Source: Hydrolagus colliei (Eukaryota). From it: 64,000 nucleotides of DNA. Shown piece after piece: positions 1-13,150 of this stretch. The notes under the pieces were generated by a model. That model did not search any database. It saw only the letters and a program-made list of their open reading frames with translations, and was not told the DNA's origin. Positions within the stretch are counted from its first letter, which is position 1; each line of letters opens with the position of its first letter. The stretch spans positions 10,850,001 to 10,914,000 of the forward strand of contig CM068750.1 in assembly GCA_035084275.1 (NCBI GenBank), in the 5' to 3' direction. A program made the position numbers and the translations under genes.

Positions 1-850
1 CCTGGTTTCTCCATTGCAATAAGAGACTTTCTTTCTTCCAGGAGTAAATGGTTGCATTATGATGTTATTTATACCTCACCCAGTGTTCCAACAACTCTCC
101 TATTCACACCACAAGGAGTACATTCTCTTTGTCACAAAGTATTGGATTTGTCCCTTGAGGTTCACATTAGTCTGGGGATAGTTTTAAAGGATGAAATGGG
201 ATTAGATAAAGTTTACCAACTGAGATGGCAATCCTTAACAAAAAGGCTGTATAAAATGAATCCCTTCTTGTATTTCATACAGTCAGACCCCTCTTTGTTT
301 CAATATAATTCATTATTTGGGTGATGAGCTGCATCTCTGAGCCAAGTGTTATATTATTTTTGAAAGTGTGTTGCCTAATTTCCTTGCTGAAAATGGCCTA
401 CTTACTGTGCTGTAACCTTTGGATTCACAAATGATTGAAAAGATCACATACGAAGAAGTTAATAAGAAAAGGATGGCGCAGGAGATGCAGTAGAGTTTGA
501 ATAAGGATTGTTGATGGTTCAAAGTATTAACACATAGGAATTTGATCCTGTCTGGCCTTGTAAACAATGGCCGATTTCAATATCACAAAACATTCTGATG
601 GGTCATGAGAATAACTCAAGTCGGAAATAGAAATGCACATGTTGAAATATGGAATTCTCTGAAAATGTGAATAAGAAACTTTGTTCATGTAAAGTTCTAA
701 CTTGAATGAAGCTATGCAAAACCTGATTCACGTAAGTTTTTATTGTCACGGGATGAAAATGGGACAAGAATTGTATTGAAAAGCCATGACAACCCGTGCT
801 GAACCTTGTGACATTTACATTATGTGAGGAGTACAAAGTATAAATTACGT

Positions 851-1157
851 AATAATAAGAAGAATTCTTGCATTTTAGATATAATGCTTTTCACGTCTTC
901 TAGACGACTCAAAGCTCTTCACAGAATATACTTTAAAGTGAATTGAGTGTATATTTATAGGTGAAACATGGCTGCCAATTGCGCACAGCAGTATCCCACA
1001 AACAGTTGTGGATTGAAGTGCCCAATTTATTATTATTTTTCTTGAGTAATTATTATCAGGGTGCGGAGTAAGGAAACTTGCCTAAGATTTTGCCCTGGGG
1101 AGAATCAAACCCAGATTTCTCACTTGCGAGGCGAGTCCTGAGTTACAGGATTCTACA
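851..1157 (-). mobile_element. tRNA-derived SINE, abundant younger family (tRNA head + CORE-like piece + 3' Deu-like piece + L2-type tail)
   Basis: Reverse complement aligns by eye with the copies at 19402, 42176 and 53162; (ATT)n tail. Confidence 0.85.
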
Positions 1158-4100
1158 GTACAACAGAATTATATTTACAGTATTTAAGTTTACTAAAAGT
1201 AATGACTTGTAGGAATGATACAAATCAACAATTTTGAATGAATAAATATTATAATAGTGTGACTGAAAAACAAATAAACAGTTCAAAAATGTTTTGACCT
1301 TCATTGTTCAAAGGAAAAGGTTCTTCCAATGGTGATAAGATACTATAAAAATGTAATTTGTTGTTCTTATTGTTGTTTCACTGCACCCAATGTGGCACTG
1401 ACCAGAGCAAGACAAGTTAAGAACAAATCCTTGTATTCACAATGCTTTTTGTCATATTACCTTGCCTTGTGCTCACAATCTTTGTTCAGTCTGAATCACT
1501 AATCTAACTGTATCTGTTACAGAACAGGGAATAAAATATACAAAGCTAATGCAATGGATTTTACTTTCACATGGATTGAATGGAATGGAATTAGAATATA
1601 TTTAACTGCATTATATCCTAGTAGGTTTCTCTAAAGTGTGGACATTTACTTGCATTATTTTAGTGTCCTCAACCCAAACAAAAATACATCCTCATTCCAA
1701 AATACCATCCTGTACAAATGTCTTCAAGACTATTCTCTTATAATCCTCATGTTCCTGATTTCTAGAAATAAAAGTTTAGTGACCATTTTAATATTAAAAC
1801 CTATTCCAAGCAGAAAAACCTGTAGAGCAATTAGTACAGTTTCAGGAAAAACTATGATCTTGTTACTGATTTGTAATTCAGTATGAACATCCAGATTATT
1901 TTTGTTTCGATTTGGTCTCTGAGACCATAGTAAAACTTTCTATTCTGGTTAAATGTGATGAGATTTAGCACATGCCACTTGTAATTTTCTGAAAAGTCTG
2001 TTATGTGTGTTGTGTATCGCATTCTTTAAATATAAATGTGTTGAGGAAAATGGAAAAAGTAATGGTCCTCAAAAAACATATTTAACTTGGTCTACTCTCT
2101 ATGGTGCAAAGTGTTTACTTAATAAATTTCTCCTGAAGTTATTAGAAACAGTTGACATTAACCATGGTAAATATGAAAAAAACCTGTAAATCCTTTGCTA
2201 CAATGTGTAACAATCAAATTGGTTCTTTTCAATCAGTTTGTTTATTACAACATCCCTTCTGGTGTTGAATAACTACAGAGGCAATCATGGAAAAACAGCT
2301 TCAGAGTGTGTTACAGACAATGTGTGATGATGGCAAAAACACGGTTGTAAACGTGAAGAAATATTTAGAAAATCTATTTGAGTACTAGAACATTTACATA
2401 AAATAATCAAAATGAAAGGTTATACTATTATAATACTAAACATGCGTATTTGGCAGTTACAGAAATAAATTGCACGGAAATTACATTTATTTGCATGTTG
2501 CTTTTCCAGTATTTTGCGTCATAGATGTGAGATAATTCCAAGATCTCTGAATTCGGAAGAAAATATTGCTGTATATTATTTCACTCTCTTCTATAGTTGC
2601 TTTTTTTTATTGCATTTGATATGATCACCAAAGGCACTTACTTCTCCATCTGTTAGTAGCAATGCGTACCCTAAACCATCTGTCAGTTCTACATGCCAAA
2701 TCGGTGGAAATACGCAATGTAGGCTCAAATTGCACAAACTGGTCTCCTACAGTTTACTTATACATTAAAAAATATATGTTCATATTGCTACTTTTTTAAA
2801 TTCCATTCTTTTTACTTCTTTTAAAAATTCTACAATGTCTTGACACTTCTCCAAACATAACAGATTGGATTAAAGCTTCCTCTTGGTGCAACAGTGTAAG
2901 CAAATTCTGATTTCTCTAAAGGTGGTACAAATTGATTATGGGTAGATCTAGTTAGTTGTAATATCAGTAGACTTGTTATGCTGGATTATAGAGTAATTTA
3001 GTACAAATTATTCCCTTTAAACAAATTGTGGCAGATATGTCTTTGATGTAAGTAAAATCATAACTTGGGCAAGAGCGGTTACTTGGGCAAGAGCATTAAA
3101 CATAATTTGGGCAAGATGGGGCAATTTCATTTCTTTAGCATATGTGTATGAACATGAGTCAGAACATACTTAATTTAAAAATATATAACTTAGACAGAGA
3201 GGGCGTGAGGTAGGTGAAATAATATTTATAGTGTGGATAAAGTAAATGTCTAATTTTTTTTTAATCCAATAGAGTATTAGCAGCTCTATCTGGAAAGTTG
3301 TAAGAAGAATAACAATCATAAAGCTAATTATATTAAGAACTCTACACTTAATCAATCTTTCTTCTTTGAAAATAAAACTTTTGAACCCTATATATTAAAC
3401 ATGTTGTTATCAACTTCCTTGGAAGGGAAACAGCCAAAGAGAGAACTGGATCACCAACATTGGGAAAACCTCTACGTCTGAATATACTGTACAGTTGAGT
3501 GTACATTTTTGTATTGAATACGAAAAAATAATTGCATTTTTATTGTTTAAAGTGTTGACCAATATGCCTCACATTCTCTTCCAGAGAATGTTATAACTAA
3601 TGTGATTGCATGGAAGTTATTAATTAGATAATAAATTGTCTGCACAATAGAGTTCATAAATGGATATTTCTACATTATAACTATGTGAGTGATCAGGACT
3701 CCAATCTCTTTGCATGAGATGTGTCATTGATGATATTGAGGTGCAAATTATCAATACGATTGCAAAATTCACTGATGATAAAATATTGCATTGCTGAAGC
3801 AAAGTTTATCCAAATATTTCTCGAATCACTCAGTATCAGAGTAGATACTGGGATTGGCAAATAGAGAATTGAATCAGCCATTGCCTCTTTTCTGCATTTT
3901 TGTCACACTTACAAAAAGTAAAAGTGGCATTGTTGTGTAGAGGGTAGAATTTGCTGTTCTGTGTGTTTTACAATAATCAGGGAACTTTACTGACACATGT
4001 GTTGGCTTGATAGCAATTGATGGTGAAATTGGATGAAAAAAATAAAATAAGAAAAATCAAACATTTTGATGTTACATTAATGCTTGCGTGAAAATTATTC

Positions 4101-5437
4101 AAATAATTTAGAAAAGATTTTATATGTGGTACAGAAAATACTCTTTCTACTTTTGTATTTGATTACTGTGTGTGCTCAACACAGCCTCCTACTATTGGCA
4201 TTTGCATTTTGACTTCCGGCATTCAGTTATTAAAAATCTGTTCAGAGAAATGTGAAACATGTGGTACTGTAATGTAATGTTTACAAAATTAATGAAGTGA
4301 AGAAATGAGAAACGTTGAATAGCTATTGCTTAGTTTAGGATATCTCAATTGAACCTTCTGGTGTGGTGACATTTTACAAAAAAATTAATATGATAATGGG
4401 TTATATCAGCAAATCAATTAAGTCCAGACCATTTGAAGTCTTTGACATATAGCTTTCTACGAACCACGGGCAGTTCAGAAGAGAGCAGCAAGGCTCATTT
4501 CTAGAAATGAGCTTTGAGAAACATTTGGAAAAGGTAGAGATGAGTAAAGTTATGCCAGCTGTATATTCCCATAATGAAAAAAATGCTAGAACTTGCAAAC
4601 AGATGGATGCCAACTCCCTAGCACGTGCTGGTTAAGTCATTACATGAAGTGCTACAAAACTACAGTTCAGCAATTGTGTTTAACAAATGTGTTTACAGAG
4701 TGTCATGAACTAGGCTTTAAAGTTCACTGTGTGGCAAAAATTATTTAAACAGAGCGAAGAATGTCATTTCTCGTGAGATTGCAACTTGTTTACTGAATTC
4801 TTCAATTTTCTCAATTCAGGATGTACAATGTAGAGGAATCAGAATGTTAGAAATATGGCAGACCAGCTGTCTAGTCCGCTTCGGTTCCATATGTCTTTAG
4901 AATTGTGACAGCCTGTCATAGAGATATTACCATATACAATTTTAGGCATAGAATTATTGTTCACCACTTTATGGTATGATTTACAGTTGTACACAATCAA
5001 ATGTATTGTTATGTACTGTATTTTTCTTTAGAAATGTAACATTATCTTTATTTAGCTTTTTAAAAATTGCAGTTTTCTGGTATGAGTAGTTGTTATTGTT
5101 GTTGTGTTTACAATTATGCTGATAAGGAATAAATAATTGGTGTTGCTGTTGTATAACAAGAGATATTGGCACATTGGTCTATTGGCATAAAATAATGTGA
5201 CACAAGCCTAGTCTGCAGTTTGTACTTTACATCTTAGTTCCCTAAGATATTAACCCATTCCTGTATCATATTCCCCCTCCACCTTGAAGCATACACACAT
5301 TTCCCACCATTGCCAAGTAAATGTGTAAATAAATTTAAATAATGTATCAATGGTAAAGCCACAGTGATTTTAGAGGGACGATAATATTAACACTAGTCAT
5401 AACATTAATAATTGTTATTGCTAGTCTGCTGCTATAG

Positions 5438-5668
5438 TGCCATCAGCCACTATGCCCCGAAACTCTGGAACTCCCTCCCTCGCTCCCTTCGCCTTGTCCT
5501 CTCCTTTCCAATTTTCAGGTCGCGCCTGAAGATTTTTCTGTTCAACCGCGCCTTTAGTCACCTTTTCTTCCTCCTTCTGGCTCGGCCCTGGGATCCGCTT
5601 TGTGAAGTGCTCTGAGACGCTGTCTGGCGTGGAGGGCGCTAAATAAATCCAAGTTATTATTGTTGTTG
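5438..5668 (+). mobile_element. L2 LINE 3' end
   Basis: SHYAPKLWNSLPRSLRL...FRSRLKIFLFNRAF plus the same tail as the 52618 copy. Confidence 0.9.
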
Positions 5669-7767
5669 CAGTTGATTGTATAAAGATGACATTTTTCAGT
5701 TTCAGAGAGTATTAATTTCTCACGCATGTAATGATTTTTTTTCAATCGTGAAGTTAATGAATATCAGTGGTGCAACACTTAATGGTTTTAAAAAGAATTG
5801 TTACCTGATTAGGGAAGCATCAGATGCAGTACATGAAATTCGGGTAATCACAGCCGATTAGTTTAATACTAATTTCTATTAAATTGTAGATGGTTGGGGT
5901 ATAGATCTGGATCAGGTTGAGATGCTAAATCCCAGCAATGTGAAGAGGTTACCTGTCACCTGAAGGCTGATTCAAACTCAACTTTCAGAAATCAGGGATA
6001 ACCTGCTACAGCATAAACCTGCTTTATAAACCAGCATTATCATGGAACAACAATGCTGTAATGAGATTGTGCGCTCTATCTCTGCAGGATGGTAAACAAT
6101 TTCAGCAAGTTAATGAAAGCTGTGACTCAAAGCATTTCTCATGCTGCTTATATGTTGAACTGCCTAAAAGATGTTCTCTTTCATTGCCGTGAAGCATCCA
6201 TTCAGTATCTATTCAAATGAAGATTCACATATTTAAAATGCTTATTAAACTGTTAAAACAATCCATGCAGTATAAATAAACCTGGTGCTAAACTGTTTGG
6301 ATTGATCAGATTACTAATATACCTTTCAAGGTTAATTTTCTAATATTATTTTTTAAACAGTTTAAATATCCTATGTTGTAGGTATGAGAATGTTTTCAGC
6401 CCTAGTCAATGCAAGGGCAGTAAGTATGCGGAACAGATAAAGGACATTTTGTGGAAAGATGAAGATTTCATTAAATGATACTGACTGTAAATGATATTAT
6501 GTTTCAACATTCAACAGGCTTCCAAATGTAGCAATTAGTAATGAAGAGATGACACAGAGCAACAAAACTGTATTTCAAATTCAGGGCATGAACAGCCGAT
6601 GTTGTTAATGGACATTTATTTGAAACATGATTCTACATTGCAACCTTGTACAGTACTGTATTCACTCATGGCTGCGTGATATTTTTGTAACCTGCCCTAA
6701 AACAGATCCTGTTAAAAATAGCAGTGGCACAGAGCATTGTTGCAGCAACACACTACCATAGAGAGGTTGATTCAAGTTCACTCCTGCAGTTTGACATACA
6801 ATAAGTGTCTGATCTCACCCGGGTTATCAGGGAAAGGTGAAGTGGAGAAAGAGTACTTTGCTTGTGGGAGGGAAAACATATTGGCAAAGAAATCACTGTT
6901 GGTTGTATCCCCTACACCTCCTACCTGGCGGATTAAGGAAACCAATCATGAGAGGTGTGAGTGAGAGCAAATTACCTGCTCGTTCTTTTGACTGAATAAC
7001 ACTGGGTAATACAAAGGGAGGGAAACCCTTAAAGGAGGAGCATAAATGCATTTAACAATGTACAGTATAAAAAATAGCTGCTGGTTGACTGGCTGAGGTT
7101 TGATGCCTATTGAGATTTGATGCCTGTTGTGATGCTATTACCGGAGGACAAAATTATAATACAAAATTAATCACTGAATTAATTTGAGAGGAAAAAAAAG
7201 CCAGTATATACATCAAATTCTAATATTAAACTATATTTACTGATGAAGGGCATGAAAGAGATTATCTTACCAAAACACCCTACCTCAGGGTTCAGCTAAC
7301 TTGCATTTATGCTGTTTTTTGAGGTGACAAGAACATATTTTATGATCTAAGCCAGGATTCTTATTGTAAATAAAAGTGATAAAGTCTACACAGACTTTCT
7401 AGCTTTCATCACTTAAGAGCCAGGTCCAGAGAGCTATTGATCCTGAAATTGATGGGATTTTCTATGGAGATTGCTTGTTTGTTCTGCTCTGTTGTCACTG
7501 GAGTGGTTAAAGCTTTGTTTGTTTATTTTGCTGTGAATGGGTCTTAATGGATTAGGTTCTGGTGCTTTCGCCAAAATCAGTAACTGACCTTTGAAAGTAA
7601 TTATGGCCAGTATGAGAAAGCTAAATGAAAAATCTTTTACATTGGAAAGTGTGACTTTAGTATGTCACAAAGGTATGATATTTTACTGGTGGAAAGAGAA
7701 ACGCGGATGGTTATGTATATATTATTCATTAGAGTATGAACCACCATTATGTTGATTATTTTTTAAA

Positions 7768-7945
7768 AATTGGTTATTTCAATCCATGACTGTTTGTGGG
7801 ACACTGCCTTGTGTAATTGGCCACTGTGTTTGCCCATAAATATACAGTCAATTTACTTTACAGTATATTCTGTGAAGCAATTTGAGATGTTTAGAAGACA
7901 TGAAAAGCGCTATATCAAATGCAAGGATGATTGTTATTCTTATTA
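7768..7945 (+). mobile_element. 5'-truncated copy of the same SINE
   Basis: Matches the 3' half (caatccatgactgtttgtgggacactgc ... aaagcgctatatcaaatgcaagg). Confidence 0.85.
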
Positions 7946-10009
7946 TTCACATGTTAAGGGGTTACTGTAACCACTGGTGCTCGGAGCGACTGCATAGCAG
8001 GACAAATCACAGTAGATGGAGTTACAATGATAGATTACCTGCAATATAACTTACTTTTATCTTGTTGTCCCCACTTGAATTAAATGCCATTCTTTATACT
8101 TGTGCCAAAAATGTGTTCCCCTACTTCAAGTCTGCCATCCCCAAACATTCCAAGGTTTTTCTTCTGAATTGCAAAGACTAGTATAACCACCTTGCATCAT
8201 TTATTTGAGGGGAGAGTGCGGGAGGTGGGGTGGGGAATCTACTCATGGTCTTTACTCTCCAGTTGTGAGCTAATTTCTCTTTGAATTTAGGAACTGTCTT
8301 TAATACTTGATCTGACTCATGCACATTCTTTGCCCCTCATACAGTGGTCATTACTATCTGCTTAAACATGATTTTCATAATAATTACTTTACTTTTAGTT
8401 TTTTTTAGATATCAGTGAAATGTTTGGCCCGTATGATTTATCACATAAAATTTTCAAAGATGCACATTTATCTTCCATCTGTAAAATAATGTTTATCCTA
8501 TTCCTTGGTGCTTACTTTACAATTTACTGTTTTATCCTCACTTTCCCCCAGGTCCTCCAAGTTGTTCAGACATGGTTAACATTGTCTTATGATGGAGTTC
8601 CATGCTTGACAGCTCTGTGACATGCAGGAGGAAGGGAACGGCACACTTCTTTCATTTAAAATGTTGCCTTGCTCTTCATATTCCTGTCCCAAAGTGAGCT
8701 TTACTGAATATTTTGTTCAGTCATATCAACTTGGAGTTGTACTCCACAGCTGTAGTTACAGACCTTTCCTATTTTATAGGCCTCAAGTGGCTCATTAGCT
8801 GCTTGAGAGGCATGAAATTCTCATTTTTGCAGGCGCATCATCATTGGCTGATATTTTTCATTAAGGCTAACAATATTGTATTTCCCACTAACAGGGTAGA
8901 GGAATGCCTGGCACTGATGTGCTTTCAATAGCATTTTTTTTTTTAAAGTCATTATATCGGGATTTTCTCCCATTTTCTGTGAAAAAAAAGTAGTATTGTG
9001 CCCCAAGGGACTTGTCATCTGATGCGAAATATTGAGATTGATCAAATTTGATTGAACATAATAGAGAACTGGGAGCTCAGATGTATTGAGAACCCGTTGT
9101 TTTATTCAATGAATGAAGTCCTAGCAATTTTGAGTCTCATAAGCTGGATAGCATTATTATGAACTTCTAATGAACAAAATTAATTTTGTCAATTAGCCAT
9201 TAATGCTTAAAGCAAAATGCAAAGCTGTAGTTTTGAACATCAGCTTGTAACAGAACATTGTAAATGTTCAGAACAACAACTTTGGTAAGTTTCCATGGAC
9301 AGTGCAAAAAGAGCATTTACTCTCAGATTAGTTATTTATAAAATCAATAATCAATAAGAATTATTTAATGATATTAAAGTAGACCTTCAAGTAGAAAGAA
9401 ATTGATAATTATAATACTTTCATGCAATCATAATATGAATTGTAACATTTTGTAAACATGTAAACATGTTAAAATAACGTCCATAAATAAATAAATTGCA
9501 AACTGAATCATGTATTTCATAGCGCTGGACAGTTTTTCTGATGTTATAAGGCAAGTGTGAAAATGCAAGCATAATTGCACAATTATCATTTACTGCTTTG
9601 ACCTTGAACCTTTGATCCATTTTGGTCTGAAGAGTTCACTTGGGTGAGTCTAAGTAAATGAACCACTCACTCGATGTCAAAAGCTGCGCAAGTGATATAG
9701 CTGATGTGGTGTTAGATAAGTAAACAGAAGAGCTGATTTGTAACCATTGTAAATCGATTGATCTTCACATTAATGAGAATAAAAGATTCCTGCTCCACAA
9801 ATTTAAACCGTCTTTTGATGAAATCAATATTTCATTTTGCACTCATTACAGGTCTACTGGAAAGGCATTACAAGGCTCTGATATTTGTTAAAGCCAAATA
9901 TAAATCCTCATCTCCAAATTTAAATCTGTTTTACATTTGTTCAAAAGGTTATGTTGTTTTAAATATTAAACTGAATTCATTAAAATAAAGTACATTGGTT
10001 GTTGGACAC

Positions 10010-10140
10010 GGCTGTGTACAAATTGATTGTCAAATTCACCTACAAACACACAGTCACTACACTTCACTTTAAAATACTGTGAAGTGCCTTGAAACATCTC
10101 AACGACAAAAGGCGCTTTATCAAATGCAAAGATTATTATT
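10010..10140 (+). mobile_element. SINE 3' fragment
   Basis: ctgtgaagtgccttgaaacatctcaacgacaaaaggcgctttatcaaatgcaaagattattatt. Confidence 0.7.
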
Positions 10141-10247
10141 AAGTCCATTATGTGAACTTTCAATTGTAAGTTAATGTTGTTATAACATTATATTACAACA
10201 TTTTGTAACATGTTATGAAAGAAAATATATTTTTTTCAATCATAGAA

Positions 10248-10318
10248 CAACAACACAACACAATTCCACTTATATAGCGCCTTTCACGTCGGGAGGACAT
10301 CCCAAAGCGCTGACAGAA
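10248..10318 (-). mobile_element. L2-type 3' tail fragment
   Basis: caacaac...tatatagcgcctttcacgtcgggaggacatcccaaagcgctgacag. Confidence 0.75.
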
Positions 10319-11179
10319 CTATTTAAGAGGCTGTGATTCTTCAACACGACTGCTGATAAACAATTAAACATAAAATGCCTGTATGCTACCAAATTGCACT
10401 GTAAAATCTGTTATATATAGTTTTGTTAAGAAAATAGTGTGGCAAATTCAAAAACCTTTTGATTATATTTTAACAAAACCAGAAGGTGTTCAGATATTAT
10501 CCAACTGAATAATTCATTAATAATTGTGCCAAGAACAATTTATTGCAACCAAATTTATTTAGCCATACATAAATAATGTACCTTTTGTTTAATACAGGAA
10601 CAATGGGAGTGCTATACAACTGTACAAATCAAACATTTTGTTGAAATAATATTTTCCATCTGTATTTAAACATTAAAACATTCAGTTCCAACAATTTGTA
10701 AATTAATTTGGTCAAAAATTGGTGGCAGAATAGCATGCATTGATGGGATTCTTAATGAATAAGAAAACACAAAACAGGAAGAGTCTTCGTAGCTTGCATT
10801 TAATTAGCACTGAGTGGTACAAAAGAAATTAGAAGGATTTGCCTTGTTTTATGAACAAGATCCTGTTTTGCTAATTCTTTTTGTGCCATTCGCAAGTAAG
10901 GATCTGGTTCTTGGGACACTAAATAGGCAGTTAATTCAATGTGCTTTCTCCTGGGGTCTGCTTGCAAACTAGTGCCAGACTCGCAGGCTCTTTGTGTACT
11001 GCCCTCCCTGCATGTGTCTGTGCTCCCCTAGCTGGTCAGATTTTTTGTCTTTGCTGGTTAATAAGCTTCAAGCATACTAGTCAGATGTGGTGGGAACAGG
11101 GACAGGACGAGGGTCCTTAGTGAAGGTGTTTGTTGTTAAATAGAACAATTCAGCTGTCTCTTTAGAAAGCCTGACAAAA

Positions 11180-11351
11180 NNNNNNNNNNNNNNNNNNNNN
11201 NNNNNNNNNNNNNNNNNNNNNNNNNNNNNNNNNNNNNNNNNNNNNNNNNNNNNNNNNNNNNNNNNNNNNNNNNNNNNNNNNNNNNNNNNNNNNNNNNNNN
11301 NNNNNNNNNNNNNNNNNNNNNNNNNNNNNNNNNNNNNNNNNNNNNNNNNNN
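11180..11351. other. Assembly gap (172 N)
   Basis: Run of n. Confidence 1.
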
Positions 11352-12142
11352 AAGGACTAAAGGTCTTCATAGCATTTTCAGTCATGTCTCTGAAAAGGTT
11401 CTTCTGGTTTTCACACATTACAATGCCTGTGCGTCTTTCTCAGATTACGACATGTTTTCAGCCCTTTACGGTGTTCTGGTTCTCTACTTAGAGCCTGAAA
11501 TAAGGGTGAAGAGCCATTGTCTACTGGAGCTATTTTTCAAAGAGTGTTTCTGACAGGAATTGTGATAGGAATCATGCTGGAGAGGAGGGAGTGTGAGAGG
11601 TGAAAGCCAGTATCACCCACTCCTGTCACATCTTCAATGAGAAGCAATAGCCCTCCTAATTGCTGCATCTGTTTTTTTTCATGCCTCCATTCTCTGAAAC
11701 AAAATGGTTAAACCAATGCCACATGTTCCTATGGAATCTCTGAAACCACAAACATGATGGATGCTGTGAAAAATACTGGTAATGAAATGCGCTGAATGGT
11801 TAACTCATAATCAAATTGCACAATTCCCTTAAATTACTAAATCGAAACGGATAACCAAAACCATTGTAATAGCAGTAGTGTCAATGAACTTCACCGACTG
11901 ATACTTTTGTCAGTGATATGGCGCATATTAATTCATTTTTTAATGTTTTTATGGTTCAATGCAAAGCACACTTAATGAATGCTATGAGGTCATAAAAGTA
12001 TCTCCGTTGGTCTGCAATGGATTCAGTACAAGCAACTTTGAGCCTGTATTGAGCAATTGTGCTATTAATCAGCATTATGTTATGGTCACTTTGCATGAAC
12101 CTCACAATCTGCTCTGATGCTATGGAGTTTGGGGTGAGGGGC

Positions 12143-12164
12143 GGGGGGGGGGGGGGGGGGGGGG
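12143..12164 (+). repeat. Poly-G tract (22 G)
   Basis: Direct reading. Confidence 0.95.
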
Positions 12165-12464
12165 TGGTCATGAATTGGCAATGAAGTACTGTCAGTTACT
12201 GACAGGATTTCCTGTTAATGACTCCAAGTCACTGCTCGTGAATCCCATGGTAAACCACCGCTTTTTCAACACCTACAGAAATGCATGTTTCAGAAGTCCA
12301 AGTATTCACTTGCACCACCCTTTTTTTAATAACACGTTACACATAATCTATTTTTGAATAAATCTTGTATTTCAGAGTAAATGCTTCCACATTCTTGAGA
12401 AGCATTGCTTTTTGAGACCAAGACGCTTAGTTTTCAGCACAATTGCAGATGCATTCACAGTAGA

Positions 12465-13150
12465 TGGTTATTTTAATAAGGGTGTAATTGTCGAGTGTGT
12501 CCTTCATTGTAGTAAAGGTAGTTTGGGCTGGCAGACGCTCAGTGGCTCTAATTAACTGAATCCAGGAGCCACTGCACTTTCTTCTGAAGAGGAGATAGTT
12601 GAGGAGAACTGAACAACGCTGTCCACTCTTTTATATCTGTCAAGAGCTTAAAAAAACAGCACCTGTAAGGCTGAAAGACTCAGGCCTTTGTCTATTTGTA
12701 ATATTGCTTTTCTGCCTAATTGCCATTACTGCCACGTACATTAGGCCCTTTTTCAGCAAGGTTAAATCAGGGCCAAGGATGAATGGCAAACTGATTGTAC
12801 TGCTGTCAAACTCAAATGTGAAGCTTATTTCTGGAGATAGAAGTGCGAGGAGAAGGACAGAGAATTGCACTTCATTAAAGTTCTACCAAGCTGATTGGAG
12901 TGGAGGAGGCAATTGAGATTTAAAGTGGCATTCCCATCACACTGTCCCTCTTTCAGCTTCACAACTGTACTGTCATTCAAACCACACAAGGCAACAAATG
13001 GGCCGGATTTTCCAGCTCTCTCTAGCAATAAAACAGACATTCACCTTCTGGCTATTCACTTCACATACTTTGTTCCAACATCCAATTCATGTGTCATTAG
13101 GGAACGAAGATTGACAAGAAATAGCATTGACCTCACAGATCTGACCTCCA
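12465..13150. promoter_or_regulatory. Candidate conserved non-coding element / enhancer
   Basis: Repeat-free block rich in homeodomain (ctaattaa, ctaattg), SOX/TCF (cctttgt, cattgt) and E-box (cacctg) motifs, in the presumed FOXG1 desert. Conservation not verified. Confidence 0.4.

Noticed and set aside
5998-6035. Shared words taacctgctaca / aaacctgcttta with 22035-22095
   Set aside because: Only 12-13-nt matches without extended alignment; cannot support a repeat family.
11015-11040. Third CTCF-like motif (tgctcccctagctggtca)
   Set aside because: Core register is shifted, with several mismatches; too weak to call by eye.
11077-11418. 113-aa ORF
   Set aside because: Spans the N gap; artefact.
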